In this document: positions 1-12,495 of the stretch, in pieces
Position numbering within the stretch: position 1 is the first letter of the stretch
How the letters are laid out: each line of letters starts with the position of its first letter
NCBI GenBank assembly: GCA_012295275.1
Contig: CM022677.1
Coordinates: 16,864,001 to 16,928,000 of the forward strand
Source: Chrysomallon squamiferum
Lineage: Eukaryota; Animalia; Mollusca
Reading direction: 5' to 3'
Length of the DNA: 64,000 nt
Notes under the pieces: model-generated
Databases searched by the model: none
Told to the model about the DNA's origin: nothing
What the model saw: only the letters and a program-made list of their open reading frames with translations
Made by a program: the position numbers and the translations under genes

Positions 1-24
1 GGAGGAGTCAAAGCTGCTTACGCT
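1..24 (+). CDS. M13 peptidase copy A, tail of the GENIADNGG exon (cut by window start)
   Basis: Translates GGVKAAYA followed by a GTCTGT donor; identical to 58695-58718, where the full exon is visible. Confidence 0.85.
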
Positions 25-825
25 GTCTGTAGCAATAACGGAAACTGTTGTTGTAGTAGTGATACAAGAAGTAGTAGTAGTAGTAGTAACAGTAGTAATA
101 GTAATAGTAGTAACTGTAGTAGTAGTAGTAGTTGTGGGAGTAGTAGTAGTAGCAGTAATCGTAGTGGTAATAGTATTAGAAATAATCGTGGTAATAGTAT
201 AGTAGTAGTAGTAGTAGCAATTAAAGTCATATCACGAAACGAAAGCAAAAAATAGTAGTAATAATAAACAAATAAAAATAAAAATAAATTAAAACAAATT
301 TAGAAATAAAACAAATAAATGAGAAGAAAGGGACACAGCCAAAAAGTATAGTGGTAGTAGTTGCTGAAGTAGTAGCTGTGATAGTAACAGTGTGGTAGAA
401 CATGTACTAGGTATTGTACTTTTACTTATTATGTCTATGTCTGTCTAGGCACCCATCCGTCGGTCTGTCTGAATCTATCTGTCAGTTTATCTATCTGTTT
501 ACATTATTATTTAGTTTATTATGTCATTGTCTGTTTATCAGTCTATATATTAATTTATATTATTATTTAGATTATTATGTAACTGTCTGTTTATTAGTCT
601 ATCTGTCTACTTACATTATATTTTAGATTATTTTGTAATTTTCTGTTTATCAATTTACCTATTTATTTGGATTATTATTTAGATTATTTTGTAATTTTCT
701 GTTTATCAATTTACCTATTTATTTGGATTATTATTTAGATTATTATGTAATTGTCTCTTTATCAGTCTGTCTATTTATATTGTTATTTAGATCATTATGT
801 CAGTATCTATTCATCAATCTACTTA

Positions 826-2620
826 TATTATTATTTAGTTTATTATGTCATTTCTGTTTTTCTATGTTTAAATTACTGTGTAATTGTCTGTTTACCAATG
901 TATTTGTTTATTTATATTATTATTTAGTTTATTATGTCATTTCTGTTTTTCTATGTTTAAATTACTGTGTAAGTGTCTGTTTACCAATGTATTTGTTTAT
1001 TTATATTATTATTTAGTTTATTATGTCATTTCTGTTTTTCTATGTTTAAATTACTGTGTAAGTGTCTGTTTACCAATGTATTTGTTTATTTATATTATTA
1101 TTTAGTTTATTATGTCATTTCTGTTTTTCTATGTTTAAATTACTGTGTAAGTGTCTGTTTACCAATGTATTTGTTTATTTATATTATTATTTAGTTTATT
1201 ATGCCATTTCTGTTTTTCTATGTTTAAATTACTGTGTAATTGTCTGTTTACCAATGTATTTGTTTATTTATATTATTATTTAGTTTATATTGTCATTTCT
1301 GTTTTTCTATGTTTAAATTACTGTGTAATTGTCTATTTACCAATGTATTTGTTTACTTATATTATTATTTAGTTTATATTGTCATTTCTGTTTTTCTATG
1401 TTTAAATTACTGTGTAATTGTCTGTTTACCAATGTATTTGTTTATTTTTATTATTATTTAGTTTATTATGTCATTTCTGTTTTTCTATGTTTAAATTACT
1501 GTGTAAGTGTCTGTTTACCAATGTATTTGTTTATTTATATTATTATTTAGTTTATTATGTCATTTCTGTTTTTCTATGTTTAAATTACTGTGTAATTGTC
1601 TGTTTACCAATGTATTTGTTTATTTATATTATTATTTAGTTTATTATGTCATTTCTGTTTTTCTATGTTTAAATTACTGTGTAATTGTCTGTTTACCAAT
1701 GTATTTGTTTATTTATATTATTATTTAGTTTATATTGTCATTTCTGTTTTTCTATGTTTAAATTACTGTGTAATTGTCTGTTTACCAATGTATTTGTTTA
1801 TTTATATTATTATTTAGTTTATTATGTCATTTCTGTTTTTCTATGTTTAAATTACTGTGTAATTGTCTGTTTACCAATGTATTTGTTTATTTATATTATT
1901 ATTTACTTTATTATGTCATTTCTGTTTTTCTATGTTTAAATTACTGTGTAAGTGTCTGTTTACCAATGTATTTGTTTATTTATATTATTATTTAGTTTAT
2001 ATTGTCATTTCTGTTTTTCTATGTTTAAATTACTGTGTAATTGTCTGTTTACCAATGTATTTGTTCATTTATATTATTATTTAGTTTATTATGTCATTTC
2101 TGTTTTCTATGTTTAAATTACTGTGTAATTGTCTGTTTACCAATGTATTTGTTTATTTTTATTATTATTTATTTAGTTTATATTGTCATTTCTGTTTTTC
2201 TATGTTTAAATTACTGTGTAATTGTCTGTTTACCAATGTATTTGTTTATTTATATTATTATTTATTTTATTATGTCATTTCTGTTTTTCTATGTTTAAAT
2301 TACTGTGTAAGTGTCTGTTTACCAATGTATTTGTTTATTTATATTATTATTTAGTTTATTATGTCATTTCTGTTTTTCTATGTTTAAATTACTATGTAAT
2401 TGTCTGTTTACCAATGTATTTGTTTATTTATATTATTATTTAGTTTATTATGTCATTTCTGTTTTTCTATGTTTAAATTACTGTGTAAGTGTCTGTTTAC
2501 CAATGTATTTGTTTATTTATATTATTATTTATTTTATTATGTCATTTCTGTTTTTCTATGTTTAAATTACTATGTAATTGTCTGTTTACCAATGTATTTG
2601 TTTATTTATATTATTGTTTA
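826..2620. repeat. 89-bp intronic minisatellite, about 20 units
   Basis: Unit attattatttagtttattatgtcatttctgtttttctatgtttaaattactgtgtaa(t/g)tgtctgtttaccaatgtatttgtttatttat; ORF-track starts recur every 89 nt. Confidence 0.97.
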
Positions 2621-2709
2621 AATGATTGTGTCTGGATCTATTTATCAGCCTATCTATGTGTTTATTTATTAATGTACAGAATATTCAAATTTTTCATACA
2701 AAATTGCAG

Positions 2710-2805
2710 GCTCTTGAAAAATGGTTAGATGAAGGGAAAGGAGAAAAGCTTCTTCCTGGACTGAACTTCACACACAAACAACTTTTCTTTGTTAGCCTTG
2801 CTCAG
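2710..2805 (+). CDS. M13 peptidase copy A exon
   Basis: ttgcag| ... |gtaaat, phase 0-0; ALEKWLDEGKGEKLLPGLNFTHKQLFFVSLAQ contains the LPGL..T..QLFF motif of neprilysin/ECE. Confidence 0.93.
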
Positions 2806-2915
2806 GTAAATTTCAATTCCTGTAATCTAGTTATATTTACAAACAACTTTTCCTTCATAACTTTCAATTAGTGCAGCTATTATTTCCAACAACAACAAGA
2901 AATATTAAATAAAAC

Positions 2916-2946
<31 letters not shown>

Positions 2947-3011
2947 AAATTCCTTGTTGGCTTTGCTCAAGTAAATTCCATTTATTCCTAGTTCTTTGTC
3001 TTCTTCTTCTT

Positions 3012-3106
<95 letters not shown>

Positions 3107-3314
3107 CGTCATCATCATCATTACTATTATTATTATTAATATTTGAGAGATAGTGCTCTTTAACAATAAAAATGTCAGAAACAATCATAAATTTAAAGTA
3201 ATCACTGCTAATAGCTGTGTATGTGTGTGTGTGTGTGTTTACATACATATCGGTGTGTGTGTATATGTGTGTAAATATATATATATATATATTGATTTAT
3301 TTCTATTACTGAAG

Positions 3315-3391
3315 GCATGGTGTGGCAAGTTAACCAAAAACGGTGCCAAGTACCAGATAGTTGCCGATGTTCACTCTCCTAACAAATTTAG
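3315..3391 (+). CDS. M13 peptidase copy A exon
   Basis: gaag| ... |gtaagt; AWCGKLTKNGAKYQIVADVHSPNKF(R) has the WC and D.HSP..FR motifs. Confidence 0.93.
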
Positions 3392-3711
3392 GTAAGTAAT
3401 TACTAATTACAGTATATATGTTCTAGAATAATAATAATAATAATAATAATGAAAATAACGAAGCTATGTTCATCGTTATATTTTTTCATTGTTTTGTTTC
3501 TTGTTATCAGTGGCTCTCCGTATTTACTTGCTTGTTTTTTTTTTTTTTTTTTTTTCTCTTTTTTTTTTCTGTCTGTTCTTTCGAAGGAGGGTGGTGGTTG
3601 AATTTGTTTTCTAGATATGGGGAAGTTATTTCATTAATATTGCTGCTGCTGTTATTACTATCTATTATCTATTATTGTTGTTATTACTGCTGTTGCTGTT
3701 GTTACTGCTAT

Positions 3712-3743
<32 letters not shown>

Positions 3744-3858
3744 TTAAGTTCTCGAACTATTTTTGTTACTACTATTGTCATACTTTTTAATATCACCATC
3801 ATTATCCACATTATTACATTTTGTTTTCTTCTTAGTACATATAAGTTATATTTTTCAG

Positions 3859-3958
3859 GATTATCGGTTCAGTTTCAAACAATGAGCATTTTGCTGAACA
3901 GTTTAAGTGCCCTGTCGGTTCTCCAATGAATCCAGAAAAGGAATGTCATTTGTGGTGA
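3859..3958 (+). CDS. M13 peptidase copy A terminal exon
   Basis: tttttcag| [32 protein letters not shown]; the CP.GSPMNP..C..W terminus is typical of M13 peptidases. Confidence 0.95.
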
Positions 3959-4738
3959 AACGTTACTGGTGTCACAGTATGAATGAAACATGTCTCCATA
4001 ATTATGTGTTGTATGTTTCTGTGATATTTCTATAACTTTTACTGTTTTTTTAAAACAAATATTTACTGTTTTTGAAAATCCTGTGGCAGCACAAATAAAC
4101 ATTATTTTTTAAAATTCTTCGTATTATTATTATTTAGTTCTGTTTGACTGACCAATGGTTATTAATGCAAAATAATGATAACACTACTGATATAGATAAA
4201 TACTGACACATGAACCTATATAATGAAAAATGAAACAAAAACCTGTGTCCTAAATAATGAAAAAAACAACAGTCTGTGTCTTTGTTAAGAAAACATGAAC
4301 CTGTCATTTGAATAAAGAAACACAGACGTGTCATGAATAATGAAAAATGGTTCTGCATCCCAAATAACAAAATATTAATCTAAGCCTAAAACAGGGTAAC
4401 ATGAACATGTAATGAACTTGAACCTAAATCTTGAATAATTTTGTTTTAATATGACGTAGATACTGACACCTGAATGTACATCTTGAATGATGAAAAAGAA
4501 TGATATAGCTTTAAAAAAGAAAACAGTAACGTATATGTTTAATATGGAAAATAAAATTAGTTTGAATAATGAAGTATTAGTCTGTCCTAAATACAGAAAC
4601 CTGAACATATCTAGTAAAATGTAACGATAAAAAAAATGATGCCTTAAAAAATATAACAAGAACCTGTATTTTGAATAATTAAAAATGAACTTATATCTAG
4701 GAATGTGAAACAGAAACCTACATCTCGATTAATAAACC

Positions 4739-4924
4739 ATTAGCCTGTGTTAATAACGAAACATTAAGCTGTGTTAATAACGAAACATTAAGTTATGTTA
4801 ATAACGAGACATTAAGTTATGTTAATAACGAGACATTAAGTTATGTTAATAACGAGACATTAAGTTATGTTAATAACGAAACATTAAGCTATGTTAATAA
4901 CGAAACATTAAGTTATGTTAATAA
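4739..4924. repeat. 24-bp minisatellite, about 8 units
   Basis: Unit attaag(c/t)t(g/a)tgttaataacga(a/g)ac repeats with period 24. Confidence 0.95.
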
Positions 4925-4934
4925 TTAGGAACAT

Positions 4935-5800
4935 CATTGAACAAATGTCTTCTAAATTTTCATATCTAGGCAGATTTTAACTAATTTCACATATTTTTCG
5001 TAGATTTCTTTCATTTACAAAGCCTATTCAGTACGTTTGCAGACGCTATATACTGACTGAGGTTCAACACGAAACATTAGTTTAGTGACTAAAATAATGC
5101 ACTAATGGGAATCGCTATACACCACAGCGGATCATATTCTAGTTATGCATTTCCATATTTGTTGATATTAATTTTTTCTTACCTCGTTCTGGTCCAGGAC
5201 CTAACACTAACTGTTCATTTGTTAGATGTAAGGCCTCTTGTATATGTCCAACGAATTCTCCACCATGAATTGCATAGTCAAGAAGTTCTATCCTTGATAC
5301 TTTATCAATCTTTATATATATAGCATTCATTTATAAAACATTCTGCCAATTCTTTTCGCGTTTAATTTGTGTGTATTTTGATGATTAAACAGATATGCAG
5401 CCTTCTAAATCTTCGTAAGTTGGGAGAGATATTCACTAATTTCCTCTGGTTTGCATAGATATGTTTCAGAGAGATCATTTTCCTCATGTATAGGTTTTCC
5501 ATCGCGATCCCAGCTCGAAGTGAAAAGTTTAATAAATAAAAAGGCACCAATCGGGTTGGCTACGTAATGATTCGGATCTTTTAAAGTCTTCAAACAGTGC
5601 TTTTCCATTTTTATTTTTTTCTGAAATTGTTCTGAGTTAATCTAATTTCATTTCGAATTATATACACGTGAGTAATTTCTTAATACGTTAGGCAAGACTT
5701 TTCCGTAAACTACAGAGCTGTTCAGGTGTGATACAGATGAACATAGCTCGGAATTCACAACTGATAATACAAGGAATAAAACGAAGTGTTGCCGACACAT
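4935..5800 (-). pseudogene. Intronless prolyl 4-hydroxylase alpha-like pseudogene, N-terminal half
   Basis: Signal-peptide-like MCRQHFVLFLVLSVVNSELCSS; KDPNHYVANPIGAFLFIKLFTSSW resembles P4HA DPEGFVGHPVNAFKLMKRL..W; ELLDYAIHGGEFVGHIQEALHLTNEQLVLGP resembles the TPR peptide-binding domain. Stops and frameshifts lie between the blocks. Confidence 0.8.
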
Positions 5801-5855
5801 GTTTTGTTCGTCGTATAAATGCGTTAAGTGAAGCGAGTTCATAACACATTTGCTT

Positions 5856-6360
5856 TACGAACAGGGTTTAATGAACGGCTCTCAAAACTAACGTCAGTCA
5901 GAAGTCACAGATATGGTTAAATTACAGAACATCTAAATGTAAATATTAATTTGGCTTATGTTGCTATTGAGGCCAGTCCATTTTCAAATTCGGTATGAAA
6001 TAAACTCTATGGAAATATCTTTAAAAAATTGAAAATTGAAAATTGTTATTAACTAGAGATGAACAGTGGGAAGCTGTATTTGGTTTGTGGTACCACAAAT
6101 AAATATACAGTAAAACAACTAAAGCAAGTTTATTAGATACTGCTATCATGTTCTGACCTGTGTTTTGCTATGATAAAACAGTCCCGGCTCTGGTTTTGAA
6201 ATCAGAAAAGCGAATATTTGAAGTAAACAAAAACTTTGGTGAAATCTTTTTAGCTGAAGTTGCTGTTGAAGTTGCAATATTTCAATGAACTGGTTAATGT
6301 TCATTAAGATAAACCGTATTGCGTTAGTGTTTACTTTAACGCTGTCTCTGAGTTAAAGAT
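5856..6360 (-). pseudogene. Possible highly eroded P4HA catalytic-half remnant
   Basis: FISYRI*KWTGLN resembles I..RI.D.TGL; terminal EPFIKPCS* resembles QEFRRPC. Only short motifs. Confidence 0.4.
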
Positions 6361-7040
6361 ATATATTGTTTATAGGGTTGGTGCGTGTATGTATGCGTTG
6401 AATGTATTTATAATATATTTACATGCATACTGCAGTTACTACTACAACTTCTACAGCTTTCACTATACCTTTCTGGAGTAGACTTCAAGGATTAGCTGAG
6501 TTTATGTATTGCATATTATTACAGTTAAATGTATTATAATAATGCTGGTAGTCTTTCTAAGTAACATTTATATATATATAAACTAATAACAACAACTGTA
6601 AGATCAATAATAACACCAACAACATAATAATAATGCTAATTAAACACTATTATGCAACATACTAATGGCAGTAAAGATATTCTGTAATAATAATAATAAT
6701 AATAATAATAATTATAATAATAATAATAATCGTGATCATGATGATCATGATAATATCGAAGATAATGATGATGATCGTTATATTGTTTCATTGTTTTGTT
6801 TCTTGTTATCAATGGCTCTTCGTATTTACTTTCTTGTTTTCTTTTTTTCTTTTTTGTTCTCTTTTTTTCTCTCTATTCAACGCGTGTATGTATGCGTTGA
6901 ATATTTTTGTAATATATTTACATCCATACTGCAGTTACTACTTCAACTTCTACAGCTTTCACTAACAAGGGTTATAAAAACTCAGCTACTGCGTCTACTA
7001 ATAATTCGTATATTACTAGAACTACCACTACTAAAACTAC

Positions 7041-7492
7041 TGCTTGAAGTGTCATGCGATTAGGTAAACTATCCCGATACAAATTACACGAAAAGACTGG
7101 TGCCCCTTCTTAGGTAATATTCTTACAGCAAAATAATGAAACAGTGTTGAACCTCCTTCCACATCGCTCAAATAGATGGGAACAAAGATGATTATGTGTT
7201 CTTTTAAAAGCTGCTATTGTTTTCGTTGAGTGTTAAATCGGTTCTTTGTACGAGAGTGTTAAACATGGTGGGGGTAAATGTGTTTCAGCCATTAATAGCG
7301 TGGAGTAAAAAGTCCTACGGTAGTGTCGCTCTACAAACGCCTGGCTTAAATACTAACGAGTCGCTTTTAGTTTAAGCACAGCTAGCAGGGTCAAAGTTCG
7401 ATCTTTCTAATAGTGTGCATTTCGTCGCTGGCAATGGCTTATAACACAAGTTGTGTCTAAAAATGCATTTTTCTTTGCCTTCAAACTAGTTT

Positions 7493-7547
<55 letters not shown>

Positions 7548-8330
7548 TAATAAATGTCCGATAATAAAAGCTACAATCTAATAATCAAATGAAAGCTCAT
7601 TCAGTTACCTTTGGTGTGCATTTGGCGTGCAACAGCTCCGCATTTGAAACTAGGACGTGCTTAGCGAAATCGCCGTGAATCACGTTTTCAACAAAGCGAA
7701 ATCGCTGTAGATTTTATACACAACTAAAAGGAACTGGAGCTATTTAAAATGATTATATTTCTACGTTGATTATATTTTTAACAACTTGTAGGCTGCATAT
7801 TTTCTGACTTTTACTGTATATAATATGAATATGTTTAGAAATAAACAAATTAACATTGTGTTGTCCTCATTACGCTCTCTTCCGTTCTAAGATAGGCGAT
7901 TGTTTTGCTTTCAAAATTCTAGCGATAAATGGCGAATTAACAATCGTTAACATAACAAACTATACTACATAACAAAATAATGTATTCAGAATGCTGAATA
8001 GAAAACTAATCACTTTTTTAATATCATAAATACTAAAATTGATCAGTTTTAAAACTTAGATTATTTTTGTTTCTTGATAAGTTCCATCAGAGAAAATTTC
8101 AACAGTAGTCAAATGATGGATAATTTTTGTTTGCAGTCAAATCACAGCAAGTACAAAGTAAAGGACACTATTTAATATCTGCTTCAAATGACAGACGTTT
8201 AACATCTGTGTCTTTAATTGCCTTCAGTCTTCTGACTGTAAAAATTTTACTGCTCCAGTTAGTACCAGCAATACCTTTCTGGAGTAGACTTCAAGGATTA
8301 GATGAGTTTATGTATTGCAGATTATTACAG
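7041..8330 (-). pseudogene. Degraded intronless P4HA-like pseudogene (repeat unit 1)
   Basis: Minus strand gives, in P4HA order: FLQSED*RQL, AVI*LQ..HLTTVEI, LKAKKNAFLD/QLVL*AIASDEMHTIRKI, IYLSDVEGGSTLFHYFAVRILPKKG/APVFSCNLYRDSLPNRMTLQA. The last block resembles YLSDVEAGGATVF...PKKG.AVFWYNL...RT.HA. Confidence 0.8.
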
Positions 8331-8489
8331 TTAAATGTATTATAAAAATGCTGGTAGTCTTTCTAAGTAACATTTATATGTATATAAACTAATAATAACA
8401 ACTGTAAGATCAACAATAACAACAACAACATAATAATAATGCTAATTAAACACTATTATGCAACATACTAATGGCAGTAAAGATATTCT

Positions 8490-8534
<45 letters not shown>

Positions 8535-8860
8535 GTAATAATAATAATAATGATCGTGATCATGATGATCATGATAATAACGAAGCTATGATGATCGTTA
8601 TAATGTTTCATTGTTTTGTTTCTTGTTATCAATGGCTCTTCGTATTTACTTTCTTGTTTTCTTTTTTCTTTTTTTTTTCTCTTTTTTTCTCTCTATTCAA
8701 CGTGTGTATGTATACGTTGAATATTTTTATAATATATTTACATGCATACTGCAGTTACTACTTCAATTTCTACAGCTTTCACTAACATGGGTTATAAAAA
8801 CTCAGCTACTGTATCTACTAATAATTCGTATATTACTACAACTACCACTACTATTACTAC

Positions 8861-10115
8861 TGCTTGAAGTGTCATGCGATTAGGTAAACTATCCCGATAC
8901 AAATTACACGAAAAGACTGGTGCCCCTTCTTAGGTAATATTCTTACAGCAAAATAATGAAACAGTGTTCAACCTCCTTCCACATCGCTCAAATAGATGGG
9001 AACAAAGATGATTATGTGTTCTTTTAAAAGCTGCTATTGTTTTTGTTGAGTGTTAAATCGGTTCTTTGTACGAGAGTGTTAAACATGGTGGGGGTAAATG
9101 TGTTTCAGCCATTAATAGCGTGGAGTAAAAAGTCCTACGGTAGTGTCGCTCTACAAACGCCTGGCTTAAATACTCACGAGTCGCTTTTAGTTTAAGTACA
9201 GCTAGCAGGGTCAAAGTTCGATCTTTCTAACAGTGTGCATTTCGTCGCTGGCAACGGCTTATATCACAAGTTGTGTCAAAAATGCATTTTTCTTTGCCTT
9301 CAAACTAGTTTAAATATATATATATATTAATAATAAATGTCCGATAATAAAAGCTACAATCTCATAATCAAATGAAAGCTCATTCAGTTACCTTTGGTGT
9401 GCATTTGGCGTGCAACAGCTCCGCATTTGAAACTAGGACGCGCTTAGCGAAATCGCCGTAAATTACGTATTCAACAAAGCGAAATCGCTGTAGATTTTAT
9501 GCACAACTAAAAGGAACTGGAGCTATTTAAAATGATTATATTTCTACGTTGATTATATTTTTAACAACTTGTAGGCTGCATATTTTCTGACTTTTACTGT
9601 ATATAATATGAATATGTTTAGAAATAAACAAATTAACATTGTGTTCTCCTGATTACGCTCTCTTCCGTTCTAAGATAGGCGATTGTTTTGCTTTCAAAAT
9701 TCTAGCGATCAATGGCTAACATAACAATCGTTAACATAACAAACTATACTATCTAACAAAATAATGTATTCAGAATGCTGAATAGAAAACTAATCACTTT
9801 TTTAATATCATAAATACTAAAATTGATCAGTTTTATAACTTAGATTATTTTTGCTTCTTGATAAGTTCCATCAGAGAAAATTTCAACAGTAGTCAAATGA
9901 TGGATAATTTTTGTTTGCAGTCAAATCACAGCAAGTACAAAGGAAAGAACACTATTTAATATCTGCTTCAAATGACAGTCGTTTAACATCTGTGTCTTTA
10001 ATTGCCTTCAGTCTCCTGACTGTAAATATTTTACTGCTCCAGTTAGTACCAGCAATACCTTTCTGGAGTAGACTTCAAGGATTAGCTGAGTTTATGTATT
10101 GCAGATTATTACAGT
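8861..10115 (-). pseudogene. Degraded P4HA-like pseudogene (repeat unit 2)
   Basis: Near-identical to unit 1, with an extra TGA after YLSDVEGG. Confidence 0.75.
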
Positions 10116-10273
10116 TAAATGTATTATAAAAATGCTGGTAGTCTTTCTTCGTAACATTTATATATATATAAACTAATAACAACAACTGTAAGATCAATAA
10201 TAACAACAACAACAACATAATAATGCTAATTAAACACTATTATGCAACATACTAATGGCAGTAAAGATATTCT

Positions 10274-10317
<44 letters not shown>

Positions 10318-10650
10318 TATAATAATAATAATAATAATCGTGATCATGATGATCATGATAATATCGAAGATAATGATGATGATCGTTATATTGTTTCATT
10401 GTTTTGTTTCTTCTTATCAATGGCTCTTCGTATTTACTTTCTTGTTTTCTTTTTTCTTTTTTTTTCTCTTTTTTTTTTCTCTCTATTCAACGTGTGCATG
10501 TATGCGTTGAATATTTTTGTAATATATTTACATGCATACTGCAGTTACTACTTCAACTTCTACAGCTTTCACTAACAAGGGTTATAAAAACTCAGCTACT
10601 GCATCTACTAATAATTCGTATATTACTACAACTACCACTACTAAAACTAC

Positions 10651-11930
10651 TGCTTGAAGTGTCATGCGATTAGGTAAACCATCCCGATACAAATTACACG
10701 AAAAGACTGGTGCCCCTTCTTAGGTAATATTCTTACAGCAAAATAATGAAACAGTGTTCAACCTCCTTCCACATCGCTCAAATACATGGGAACAAAGATG
10801 ATTATGTGTTCTTTTAAAAGCTGCTATTGTTTTTGTTGAGTGTTAAATCGGTTCTTTGTACGAGAGTGTTAAACATGGTGGGGGTAAATGTGTTTCAGCC
10901 ATTAATAGCGTGGAGTAAAAAGTCCTACGGTAGTGTCGCTCTACAAACGCCTGGCTTGAATACTCACGAGTCGCTTTTAGTTTAAGCACAGCTAGCAGGG
11001 TCAAAGTTCGATCTTTCTAACAGTGTGCATTTCGTCGCTGGCAATGGCTTATATCACAAGTTGTGTCTAACAATGCATTTTTTTTGCCTTCAGACTAGTT
11101 TAAATATATATATATATTAATAATAAATGTCCGATAATAAAAGCTACAATCTCATAATCAAATGGAAGCTCATTCAGTTACCTTTGGTGTGCATTTGACG
11201 TGCAACAGCTCCGCATTTGAAACTAGGACGTGCTTAGCGAAATCGCCGTAAATTACGTATTCAACAAAGCGAAATTGCTGTAGATTTTATGCACAATTAA
11301 AAGGACCTGGAGCTATTTAAAATGATTATACTTCTATGTTGATTATATTTTTAATAACTTGTATGATGCATGTTTCATTATATCTTCTGACTTTTACTGC
11401 ATATAATATGAATATGTTTAGAAATAAACAAATTAACATTGTGTTCTCCTGATTACGCTCTCTTCCGTTCTAAGATAGGCGATTGTTTTGCTTTCAAAAT
11501 TCTAGCGATAAATGGCGAATTAACAATCGTTAACATAACAAACTAAACTACATAACAAAATAATGAATTCAGAATGCTGAATAGAAAACTAATCACTTTT
11601 TTAATATCATAAATACTAAAATTGATCAGTTTTATAACTTAGATTATTTTTGTTTCTTGATAAGTTCCATCAGAGAAAATTTCAACAGTGGTCAATGATG
11701 AATAACTTTTGTTTGCAGTCAAATCACAGCAAGTACAAAGGAAAGAACACTATTTAATATCTGCTTCAAATGACAGACGTTTAACATCTGTGTCTTTAAT
11801 TGCTTTCAGTCTTCTGACTGTAAATATTTTACTGCTCCAGTTAATACCAGCAATACCTTTCTGGAGTAGACTTCATGGATTAGATGTGTTTATGTATTGC
11901 AGAATATTTCAGTTAAACATCAGATGCTGG
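10651..11930 (-). pseudogene. Degraded P4HA-like pseudogene (repeat unit 3)
   Basis: Near-identical to units 1 and 2. Confidence 0.75.
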
Positions 11931-12437
11931 TAGTCTTTTTAAGTAACATTTATATTTAGAAACTGTATTTCTGCAGTGTAAAAACTTGGTTTTGTAATTC
12001 CTTTCAAGGTAATTCTTAAAATAAAACCTAACAATTAAAAGGACCCTGACTGCATGTTATCGATGACATCACGTTTAATTTCTAAATCAACAATAAAATA
12101 ATATTTATTAAATAATTGTTCGTTTGTTTTGTTTTTTCGTTCACCTGTTTAAAATAGCCCATATAAACAAGTTAATGCATGTTTTGATTTAATCAGTCAC
12201 ATTCCATCCCACTGGGCTTGTTTTTTCTTTTCTTTTTATATATAATGACATTTAACATCAACAAAAGGTCTCAAACTATCTTCTAGTTCTTAAATTCATA
12301 AATAAAATAAATACAAATATGACTTTCCATTAATATTAGCATTTCCATTTAAAATTAATTTTAAAAATAGTGCCTTTGTGTCATGCGTCAATCTTTTGAG
12401 AATGAGTTATATATATATATATATACACACAAACACA

Positions 12438-12495
<58 letters not shown>

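Larger units (their letters stand above)
6466..11955. repeat. ~1.78 kb tandem repeat, about 3 units
   Basis: Equivalent ORF starts at 8127, 9911 and 11709 (periods 1784 and 1798); units are near-identical. Confidence 0.95.

Noticed and set aside
723-2728. Series of 73-aa Cys/Tyr/Leu-rich ORFs (also 59358-62272)
   Set aside because: Translation artefacts of the 89-bp intronic minisatellite cycling through the reading frames.
8127-8345. Repeated 72-aa + strand ORF MFAVKSQQ as a small-peptide gene family
   Set aside because: Starts at TTG and is antisense to the P4HA relic; its conservation only reflects recent tandem duplication.
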